NCBI GenBank assembly: GCA_964106915.2
Contig: OZ066916.1
DNA length: 64,000 nucleotides
Origin: Podarcis gaigeae
Lineage: Eukaryota
Reading direction: 5' to 3' (one strand)
Shown: positions 1-12,100 of the stretch, piece after piece
Layout of the letters: each line of letters opens with the position of its first letter
Numbering within the stretch: the stretch's first letter is position 1
Program-made: the position numbers and the translations under genes
The notes under the pieces: generated by a model
Database searches by the model: none
Told to the model about the DNA's origin: nothing
The model's input: only the letters and a program-made list of their open reading frames with translations

Positions 1-1116
1 AAGACACTCCTGTGTAGTCACCAAAGACGTCTAATATTAAGTTATGTTTAACTTTTCTAATGTTATCACAAACTATGCTTATGGAATTGTTAAAATTAAA
101 TGCTTTATATCTTTTAAAAATATATATTTTATGTGACTAGTTTATTATGATTAAATGTTCTCTGAGTATACTGTACATAGAATTAAAACCTAGAAAGAAT
201 ATAATTACAATGTGGCTTTAATTTTTATTTGAAATTATAAATTATTTGCACTTAAAAATACAAGTATTTTATCTATGTGTAAAAAGTATCATATTTGAAT
301 CTGTAAGCATGGTTATAGGATTTTTGCAGGTACAGTATGTTTAAATATCATAGATAAACATTATTATGGCAGTAATCCTTTTGAAATAAATAGTAACAAC
401 AAATTGGTACATTTGTTTATAGATAATTTGCTGCTGTTGTAAAAGCAATATGTGGTTCACATGTTTTCAGCCCACTGATTAGTGATGACAAAAATAGCAC
501 TTTTAACCATTAATGACATTGACAACCTTATTTACATATTCTGTGTATTTACTGTAAATGATACTTTAAATCTACTTCATTTAAGGTTGTTTCATAATCA
601 AAGTGATTGTTTTTAAAAAATCTAAAATCAATGGAAGTTGAAGTTCTTGAAGGTGATTAACACTGTTGGGTATCGAAGGTTAACAATAATTGCACTGTTG
701 CGTTTTTAGTTGTACTTTTATGTTAGTTTTTCCACTAAGAGAAATTAGAAAGTGGACAAGGTTCTACGAAGAAGACATTGACTTGGATTCAGTTTAGCAC
801 TAAGTAACCAAGATTAACTTGTGCTGTTACTTGGCACTATATTAGATGAAAGCCATGATTCAAATTGTTTAATTCAGACTCTTTAATTCTGGCTAAAATA
901 ATTTACATGCAAAAGTTGATAATTTTGTATCATTCCAGACTGACCTATCCACAAGCACATTTATACAAATTATATGGCAATTCCTTGGCTTCTGCTTTGA
1001 GTTTACTTAAAAGTGCTATACAACTTCATCAGTAAATACATCAGATGATCTGATAGACGTATCAAGCTTTCCAAGCTAGAGTTTCCCCCCTTATAATTAA
1101 TTTGTGTACTTTATGC

Positions 1117-1155
<39 letters not shown>

Positions 1156-2882
1156 TAATATTAAAAAAATTATACCTTGCCCTCCCTGGCCAGAACTGGG
1201 TTCTGCATTCTGAATAGGTTATCAAGTCAAAATATTTCCAGAAAATAACTGAAGTATTGGATGGAGCTGTGAAAACCCATGTTTTTTATTATTATATTTG
1301 TTAGTCGCTTTATGCAAAAAAAGTCTCAAAGCTAGATAAAATACAAATAGATAAAATCAAATAGAAACCAGAATGTTTAAAATGACATACAGTATAAAAT
1401 TCCTGAAATGCTCATCCAGCATTACAATAAAAAGGATGAGTCCTACCCCCTTCCATTGCCAAAAATGAGCCCCAAAGAAGAAGCTAGTTTTGCTACCAGC
1501 ATGTCTAAATATTAGGTTACATTTTGGAAATGGCAAGGTTCACTCTGTATAATGTTTGGCAATTCCAGATTGAAAGTAATAGGAATTGCCCATCACCTTT
1601 GTGCCCTGGGCTTGTGAAGTTTGAGAAGAATTTGGATGGTTTCTGTTAAGAAAGAGATGCTAGACTAGCTGGATTTTGTCTTGATCCAGCAAAACAATTC
1701 TTACGCTCTCTTTGTTAATGGTGGGTGTACCAAATTATTTCATTCCTTTACCGCTGAAAAATACCTGCACTAATCGGGAAGAGCTTTCAGAATAACTTTC
1801 ATACATTTCTGTCAGAAGAAAGCTGGATCCTTCCTGCATTGGTATGGTTGCTTCTTGGGGAATAGTCCCTTGAACCTCCTCCGCTATTTCAGGTTGAGCA
1901 CAGTTGTGCGGTGCCACCTAACATATTTTTTTCTCATGCAGGCACAGCATAAATGTCAAGCGTGGCAAGTGAGGTTACTTCAGGCCAGGCATACTGAAGT
2001 TGAATCACTTTGTGTTCCTGGCATGCCTTGAAAACCCACTTGCTTATTCTTTGTTTTTTAATGACTGTAGTTTTAAAAGAAAAGCAAATGGGCTTTGAAG
2101 CCATGTCTTCTGATTAACACTTTAAAAAAAAATCTTTCAAAGGCTTCCATTCCTTCACCTTGGCTCTTTTCCACTCCACCCCCATACTAAATGTAACACC
2201 ATCAGCAGAATTCCATTGAAGAAAACTTTAAAAGCAGTAAAACTTTTAGAGTAAACAGGATTAATACTACAGATTATGAAACTGTGCGACAAAAAGAACT
2301 TCATTGACTTCTTGTGGCTGTTGCCAAATGCAGGTTTTTTTCCTGGGCAGCGCTCTTATCCAAAATGAGGTTGTTTACGAAGGTTTATGGGTTTATTTGT
2401 ATGTAGTTGCACCTTTCTTTGAAAGGTTTTTGAAACTACCAATTTTGAGGCAGCAGCCACTTTTCAAAGGGTCCTCCAGCTAGTTGTGCAGTTTGACTTT
2501 AGACATGTAGTTATTGTACATCTCTGTGTACGCATTGCCACATGGTAAACTACTTTGAAACTTGCAGCTTTTAAAAGGAAAAAAGTTGACAACTGATTGG
2601 TCATGAATATGCTCAAAGCATCTCTCTGGACTGTAGACGTTAAAATTGACTGAATTTTATATTGATAGTTGTAGAGATGTTATACTACATAGGAAAGTTC
2701 TACCACCACTGTAGTATTTTCATAAAGAAATAAGCTGGAAAGCTATGAAATATTTTTTAGTTTGAGATGTTTGCTGATGACCTGAATGGGTTGGGTATTG
2801 CCTCTTATCATGTGACAGAGGCAGGAGAGCAAAGAACTTTGGGAGGCAGTGCTAATGTGTATTAACTTTTTCCCCCTTATAG

Positions 2883-3142
2883 AAATGGCTGCAAACACCT
2901 GATCTTCCGAAAGAAATATACAAGCACCTTGCCTACTATGTACCCAAAATTTACTGTAGGGGTCCTAATCCAGCCCCACAAAGCGAAGATTTGCTTGCGC
3001 AACAGGTTTTGCTGGGACCAATGGAATGGTACCTATGCGGTGAAGACCCTGCATTTGGCTTTCAGAAACTCGAGCAATCCAACAAACCTTCGCATCTTTG
3101 TGGCCGGGTGTTTAAAGTTGGCGAGCCTACATACTCTTGCAG
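2883..3142 (+). CDS. UBR2: UBR2 exon 2
   Basis: tatag|AAATGG...TGCAG|gtaact; [16 protein letters not shown]...[17 protein letters not shown]. Confidence 0.95.
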
Positions 3143-6100
3143 GTAACTAGTCACTAGTCACTTCTTTTAAACTGTCAAGCCCCTTAACAGTTGAATGATT
3201 TGAGCTTTATTTCCTTATTTATTTATTTAAAACATTTTTAATACCACCACTCATTAAAAAATTGAGGGCAGTTTACAATAAAAGCAATCCAGTAAATCCA
3301 GTGAAAGCAGGTTCCCTGCCCAGGAGCTGTTGTAGTTGGCATACCAGTTAAAGTTGAAGAAAGGCAGCTACATGCTGCAGACAGTTGGGGCTGCGTGGAA
3401 GGTGGTGTGGGAGGTTGTAACTGGATGTAGGATTTTGGCAACAAACGCCTCCTCCCCTTTTTCCGTTAGGTCCCAACTAGATCAGGCTACATACTCACGA
3501 GGGCACAATATGATACCCTTGTTATATCTGATCTCTTGTTCCAAAGAACAGCAAAAACCCAACCTGTTTGGGTTATTTGTGGCTGCCATTTAGTACTTTT
3601 TAATTCTTTGCTTTCTGGGCAGGTAGTGGTTTTGAACTGCAGTTTTTGTTTCTCCATAGCTTTAGTCCTCATAGTTTCAAGTGTCATGAATCTTTGGAAT
3701 TTCAGCAGCTCTTTCTGAAAATTGGGTGTCAGGATTGCAGGAGTTGTGGTGGGTTGTCCATACTTGAACACTATTTCCCCTCTCTCCCTCTCACATAAAT
3801 GTGTAGGCTTGGGTCCCAACATACATACAGAACTTCCAGATTTAGCAACTTGTCAGCCTCCCCAGAGAAATATAGGGTTGTGTTCAACTAATTTTTACTG
3901 AAGAGTAGATTCATATAAATTAATGAACACAACTAAGTTGGGGCCATTAATTTGAATGGGTCTACTGTGGGGGGACTTCAACATAGCACTATGGGAGTTG
4001 TTCCATCAGTGCAAACATTTCAGCTTGTCAGAAGGAACAATCTCCCCTCTCCTCCCAATCACACACTGTTATAGCAGTTCTCCTCTAAGCCACCCATAAT
4101 GAGCACCATTTTAAAATTTAATCCTAATTTCTGTAGTTTTAAAAAAGCAATCAGAAAGACGCACCCACATGCAGAAACATGACTTTTCACCACGGGTATA
4201 GGGCGATATACAACAACAACATAATATAATATTTCCATCTGCATAGAAGGTCCTAGGTTGTGTCCAATATACATTACAGGCTTTTTCTCAAGCAGTTGAC
4301 AGTTCAATCCTATACAGATCTTCTCAGTGAATTGAATTCAGTGGAGCTTGTTTTTAGTTAGTTAAATATGTATAGAAGTTCATCCTAAACATTGTGTAGT
4401 TGGCCCTTTTATTAACATGTTTTTCTACTCTCTTTTTTTGTCAGAGATTGTGCAGTTGATCCAACTTGCGTGCTTTGCATGGAATGTTTCCTGGGAAGTG
4501 TTCACAGAGAGCATCGATACAGGGTTAGTAAGCCTATATGTCATTTTAGTGATGTCTCATTCAGAATCAAATTTGTGACTTGGTCAAATCAAATGAGTGT
4601 ATATTTTATCACACTTTCCCCCCCTGTTGCCTTTTCCTCTCCTCCCTCTCTCTTCCCCCGCTCCCCAATGCAAAAGTAGCATTACAAAAGCTATGAAATT
4701 CAGTATGTAGGAAGTACTCCCACTTGCCTAGGCAGCCCTGGTGTTTTCACACAGATCAGTACTTTGAGTAACATTAAATGTTGCGGCTTTCAGAAACTAA
4801 AAGTTTGACTTTGAAGTTCATATCCTTAGATTATAGGTGTAAGTGTAGGTAGAAAGGCTTAATAAGAGTAATCACAGACAATAAATGAATGCGTCAACCA
4901 GTTATGACACAGCAGCTGCCTTATTGCTCACAAATAACTCAGCACTGTTATTTTAAAAGAAGAAAACAGCATCTTGAGTATATCCCTTTATCACTGAACA
5001 TATGATGCACTAAAGGCTGAAATTAACAAATAGATAGGTATTTTGGCTGCAATCCTATGGTCCCAGACAGGGCATCGAAGGGACCATAGGATGTTTCCGT
5101 TCCCCCTGTGAGGGTGGAGGCAGTGGTCCAAACTCATGGGAGATCTGACCTAGTTTGCCCCCCTCCAAGCTGTCACAGGAACCTCTACAGCCCTATCTTA
5201 CCAACTTTGAGCTCTGAAACCAGTAGATGCTACAGAGATGGGTCAGTGTTCCCACTCCCTTGACACCCCTTCCACACACACGCGCGCACACACCCCAAAA
5301 AGCAGAGGGAATTAATATGACAACCCAGGAGCCGGCTCATGTTCCTTCCTATTGGAAACAATAGGAGATAAATCATTTTTGAAAAAACAGAAATGGGACA
5401 GGTAATATGGTGCTTCTCTCTCTCTCAGCCTGAGGCCATGTGCCCAGTAGGGCTCTGGATTTGGTGGTTTGTTGATCTTCAGTCTCCCCGGCCCAACTTT
5501 TGGATTTCTTTCCCCTTTACAGAAATTATCAGGGGTCTGCAAATGTTAATTCCTACTAATCAGCTTTGATAATCCAGTTTTGATGGCACAACAATGCAGA
5601 TACGTTATTTATGTTATCCAGTTTGTTTTTCTAAGGATGGTTTATGCCCTTTGCCCATGCCCCAGGGCAGCTTACACAAAGTCAAATGAGGTAAAAAAAA
5701 ATATCTATGAAACAAAACAAGTCCTTAAAACACCACACCACTGATAGTCTGAAGTTATGTAGCTCAGTCTTTGTATACTATAGGTTGAATTATTTTTATT
5801 TACTTTGAACCTGAAATTAATCCCATAGCTTTCGTCAGGCATTTTACCCCTTTCAGATTTTGTTTCTCTACACTGCCACCCCATAATATGCTTCATACAA
5901 GTTCACATGTTAAACATAATAAATTGCTTAAAGTAAGGGAAAGGCTTCACTCTCCATTCCCCTGGCCTTATCTTTAAGTTGGACCTGTTTTTGCTCTGAT
6001 TGCTTAACATAGATTATAGACTCATAGAATCGGCGTTGGAAGGGATCCCAAGGGTCATCTAGTCCAACTTGCTGCAATGCAGGAATCCTGCCCACAGCCG

Positions 6101-9100
6101 ACCCTGGGTGGGCTTGAACTACCAACCTTCTGGTTAACAGCCAGATGCACTGTCTCATTAGAATAGCTGCTAACTGAAGAAGAATAGGATAAGATAGTCC
6201 TTATCTTGTTATCGCCTAATTCACTTGCTGGAGCAGGGGGAAACTTTCTGTAATTTATTTGGGAAGTGCATTTCTTGAAGTATGTAAGTTAGCAGAACTA
6301 ACTAAGGCCAACCAGTCAGTATTTTCCATAATCTAACCTAAAATTGGAACTGGTTTAAGTGAGTCATGCAATAGACTCAAGTGACTCTTGTTCTTTCATT
6401 CTATACAATATTTCCTATAATGTATGATTCTAAGATCATGTCTGCTGATTTGTCTGTATGACCTCGTATTTTAGTACAATAGTAGGATCTCCTCCTGTAG
6501 GCATTTTATCACGAGTAGAGGCTTGAGCTGGAACCGAATCTATTGAATCCTTGTTCATAAAAAAGCAGGCAGGACAGACCTGGAGAATACGCCCTGCTTA
6601 GCTCTAAAAGCAAGGAGAATTCTGCTTGCTATAGCTCATATCATTGATTTACCCTTAGTTTGAAAGGTAATAATGACTTTCCTTCTCCTCTGCCCTTTCA
6701 TAAGACTTGCTGATCCTTTGGCACTGGGAGCAGCCAGCTGTCAGGGCTATTACTGGAAGATGGAGCCTTATTCTGGTGGTGAGCCCAAAGCACATTCCTG
6801 TAGTCTCTGCTCCATTGAGTATAGGATTTGTTATACAAAATTTAAAGCAGCCATTTAACTTAACATCACAAGGATTGAAAAACCACCACGAATCTCTATA
6901 TTGTCTCTCAGGTCCTTTTCACTGTGTCCCAGATTGCCAATCAGTTTTGGATAGAAAGTTTACCAGCCTTGTTTTCATTTATGAAGCATGCTTTCTTGTT
7001 CATATTTATTTTAAAATAATGCTGTAGATGACAACATCTGGTGGAGGAGGTTTCTGTGACTGTGGCGATACTGAAGCTTGGAAAGAAGGTCCATACTGCC
7101 AGAAGCATGAACATAACACTTCAGAAACAGAAGAAGAGGAGGTAAGGATACACAGGTTTTGAAAATTATTTTGTGCTGTTGCTCAGGTAACTCCGGTTTG
7201 GACAGAGAGCAAAATTTGAGAGCCCACTCTCTGGCCTAACTCTAGGCCCAGCCACGCCACCCACATGACATCTTTGCTTCCTCTTGTACAAAGCAGGAGG
7301 GAATGCATCAAGATTGTTATTTCAGTCAGGTGTGCTTTATTATGTTTTCTGTATTTAAGTATCTTGTTCTTCACTTCAGGAGCTTTTAACACTAAAATGA
7401 TTTTTCTAGTCTTTCTAGCAGCCAGATCTCATAGACTAGGGCAAGCATAGGCAAACTCGGCCCTCCAGATGTTTTGAGATTAAATTCCCATCATCCCTGA
7501 CCACTGGTCCTGTTAGCTAAGGATGATGGGAGTTGTAGTCCCAAAACACCTGGAGGACCAAGTTTGCCTATGCCTGGACTAGGGTATAAGAATTTTCAAA
7601 TAATTAACTTGGATGTATTAAGCTTCTTTTAGCTGTAGGGGAAACTTTAGAAATTATTACCTTGATGTTAACACTTTCCTCCTTTTTTCATTTTAGGATC
7701 CTCTTGTGCATTTGACAGAAGATATGATAGCAAAAGTTTACAATATTTTTGCTATCATGTTTCAGTATGCTGTCGATATTTTAACATGGGAAAAAGAAAA
7801 CGATTTACCACCTGGTTTAGAGACAGTGTAAGTAAAATTGCTGTTGAACTTCCAAGACTGGCATAGTTCTTAATGGAAAAATGTTAGCTGCATCTTAATT
7901 CATAAATGACATTGTGTGCCGCCTAAAAAGAGTTGCCAATGGTTTAGTCCCGTTGAAATAAGTCTGACACACATTTACATCACATCAGTTTCAGCGGGTC
8001 TTCAGTGTGATCAGTTTTCTATGGATTGCACTCAGTGGATATATCTTACTTGAGAGTAAATGCTATTTCGCTCAGTGGGGCATAGCTTTAACTAAACATG
8101 CTTAAAATAGCTGTTCCTTGAGGCTAAAAGGGAAATGTTTTTAATACACTTCTCTAAAGAATTATATTGATTTTTTTCTTATTGAAAAGTCTGTTCTCTC
8201 TCCCTCTCCTCCTTTATTTACCAAAGAAATTAGTGGTTGGGGTTTTTTTTGTAGAATAATGCTTCTTGCCAATAGTATCTAATGCAATTTGGCACTGCTA
8301 TAGTAAGTTGATGTCATTGAAAATAGTGATAGGATCCAGCATATCCCGCAGGATAATATAATAACTTGGATCCAGAGAACATAAAACAGAACTCCCCCTG
8401 TTCCTCACTACAACTCCCTCTGCCCCTCCCCAAGTTGCTCCTGAAGCTTGGTAGTCCCTGCGGGATGGTCCACAGAGGGTCAGTGGGATTGGGAAATTAG
8501 AGGAATTTGGCAAGGCTCTCATGTACAAGCAGAAGTAGTTTTCCACTCATGCAAGGCCCGGTAGTAAAATTAATCACAAGAGCCCTCCGTCTTCCTATTG
8601 CTGATTCAGTATGTTTCCTTAATAGAGATTCCAGTAAATAGAAGTATTGAAATGCCAGAGAAAAGACCTTGATTGATTTAAATTAATTCTATTCCTTATT
8701 CGTAATACTGTCTTTACAGTGAGAAGACGGATACTTACTTCTGCATGCTTTTTAATGATGAAGTCCACACATACGAACAGGTTATTTACACTCTTCAAAA
8801 AGCTGTCAATTGCACACAAAAGGAAGCCATTGGTTTCGCAACAACTGTAGACAGAGATGTAAGTAAGCTCTTTAGACTGCCATTGAAATATTGGATAAAA
8901 ATGATTAAGCTTGGTCATTTTAAGATGATTTAGTCCTGTACTTCCTTCCATATTTCCTTCCTGCTAGCTGATCAACCATTTACCTTATTTGGAGGAATAG
9001 AAGGAGCTAGGCAATTTCCAAAGCAACACTGGAGCATAGTTCATTAGTTCATTCCTTGATTATACTTGCTGCAATTGGCCCTCTTGGCAGCTGCATACTT

Positions 9101-12100
9101 GATAACATACAGTTTTGCTCCCCCACCTCCATTTTGCAAATCATGCTGTGAAAGTTGGGACACTTCCTTCCTGGATGCCTTCCCAGCCTGAGATTCTTTG
9201 GCAATGCTTTAGCAAGTTAACTTCACAGTGAGTCTCTGGGAAAGCACTTTTTAAAATTTGAGAAAACCTCCTCTCTTCTTACACCATCCACCAAGAAAAT
9301 ATATTTTAGCCAGTCTTTTCTAATGTAACATAGAGGCAAAACCTGTAAAAACGAAGTGAGGCTCTCTCCAATCTTTGTAACACTGAATATTTTACAAGCA
9401 ACATTCTCACTCTGAGGCTGAAAATTCATAATGGAGGGTGTGCGGCTGCTACTGAAATATGAAAAAAAAAAAAGACTGGCCAGAGGGAAAGCACTAGCAC
9501 AAGACACAAAAAAGAGCAAATCTCAAAATTATGCACAAAAATCAGTGAGTTTATTGCTCACCAGTGTGTTTTGGATTAATAAACTCTTTCTTAAGGGTTA
9601 TTCAACCATTTCCCTCTCATGCAATAATCAGACTGCATGTAAGATGGCTTAATCGGTTTTTCTTGAAGGTTGGGGGAAAACACACCCTATGGTTGTATCT
9701 TAAATATGTCCCTGCATTCACAGAGGCTCTTGGCTCCAATGAAAACCTCCTCTCTCCCCCTTCCAGTTATGGAAGCCTTTCCTGGGGTGTAATTTAGCAT
9801 AAGTATTTAACGCATGAAACTCAACTAAAACCAAAATGGGCCTCAGTCTAATTCAGGGGCAGGATTTGCCTGCCTATAGCCCTGGTTAGCCTTAACCACC
9901 CAGAATGATGTGATATCATACGCATATGTTTCTCTCTCTCTCTTAAAAAACCTTTTGTTTGTTTGTTTGTTTAAATAAATCCCAGCTCAAAACATAATTT
10001 AAGGTATATATTTATCACAAGATTGTGCGTCTTTCAGAATTGCTGTGGAATTTAATAGTTTTGTTTGCTTTTTCATAGGTGACATTTGCTATATAAGCAA
10101 TAAATGCAACTTACATGATAAACATATGTGAAGCATATATACATACTGCTTACTTAAACTGAACATATAACATTTTAATTTATGTGTTAGTTGTGTTAAT
10201 ATGTGCTATTTAGCAGAAGTCATTGTTAGTATAGGGTTGATTTAATTCAAGCAGTCAAATTCAAGGGTGAGAAACATAGGTGACTTCAACGTGCAATTAA
10301 AACATATTATTTAAAGTTTTAGTTATATCTTTAATTAGCTGTTAATAGCCATGTAACTGTTTAACAGGGACGCAGGTCAGTTCGCTATGGAGACTTTCAG
10401 TACTGTGACCAAGCCAAATCAGTGATAGTGGTAAGTGACATTGCTTCATTTCCCTTAACTGAATGGTATATATCCTTACTTCATTATAATCAATTCACTG
10501 TTATAGCATATCTGCCCATTAACATTTTAAAACTGCATGTGACATTTTAAGAATGTTAAGGAAATATTAAATGTGTCTGATGGAAGTGGCAGCATGCCTT
10601 GTAAGTCACTTGCCTGATGGTTCTATCATTCTTCAAAAACTAAAAATTGGCACATTCTACTTTAAAATTGTGGTAACCTTCAGATTAGATTACTGCAATG
10701 TATTGTCCATGGAGTTGCCTTTGAAGACTGGGAACTAAATATAATTCAGAGTATAATTGCTGGACTGTTAAGTGGATATTGGGTATTGGGATGACAGCTC
10801 ACAAGTGCTTAAAGTGTTGAATTGGCTCCCAGTCTTATTTCCAGGCAAAGTTCAAAGTGCTGATGTTTTCCTCCAAATTGCTATACTGTTTGTGAGTAAA
10901 GATGCATAGGATTGAAAGGGAAAATGTATATTTTCAGCTCAAGCCTTCCCTAAGATTCTGGGGGTCTATTGAAGAAACCCCCGGTCCAACCTGTATGACT
11001 CATGCTAAGAAGCAAAGTTCAGCAGATACATCTACTGGATCAAAAATTGTGTATTCAAAAGAGCATAGCCATAATGTTTCTCTGAAATCATCACTGAATT
11101 ACATGCACAATGTCCAAACTAGACTGGGACCTGCATTGTGGTGAATAGATACTTGGAACTTTTGGCCTTGACTGTGTCATTTAATTGCATGATGGGATTG
11201 AGGACTGAAATCTGTTGTTGGGAAAGAAGCCTTGAACTCATGGTCTCCCCATGCCTCTCAGACAAGTGATGTGCTCTCCATCTGCAGTTACAGATAGTTG
11301 GAAGCCCTTTTTCTGTAGTCATATCTGTCAGAGCCAGAAAGGGTAAGGGAAGTTGAACCTACATGTGGTAATGGACTAATTTCAATTATTCCTAAGGCTG
11401 TTTGCCTTGAGTATTAGAAACAGAATTCAAGTTTTACCATTCTTGCATTACAAAATGTAAACATATAGTACTAGATATTGGGAAAGCTTGTAAAAACCAT
11501 GAAAATCCAGTTGCCTGGGATTGTTCTATGTCTTAACTGTATAAACCTGAAAAGTGCTGCGTTTGGGGAAAAACCTGTTAATGGCCTCTCTTTTCCCTGC
11601 CCTTTTTCCTTTCCTTAAGAGAAGTACCAGTCGCCAGACTAAGCCGCTGAAGGTTCAAGTTATGCATTCATCTATCGTTGCCCATCAGAGTTTTGGTTTG
11701 AAGCTTCTAACTTGGCTTGGCAATATTATTGGATATTCAGGTACTGAAATTTGACACACTTATGATATAGCTGAAAGAGAAAAGTCATGATTGAAAAGCA
11801 GAAAATTCCTCTTTCTAGGGACAGAATGATAGACTGACATGGTCTTGTGGACATGGTACAAACATAACAAAAATATATTTGTTCAGGCTTATTGGTCCAG
11901 TTTACTTAAAGCATGAGGACGAAGCTACTTGTGATGTGGGAAGTCCCTGAAAGAATCTCCCAACATTATTTTCCTTTCCTAAAATGAGCCACAAGGGCAC
12001 CTGAAGTAGGGAGAGTTTTATATTTCTCCCATGCTATTTCTTGACTGCAAATCATCCTTATCCCTGAGCAATTTCAGGTCCCACTTGTCTGCTTTCTAAA

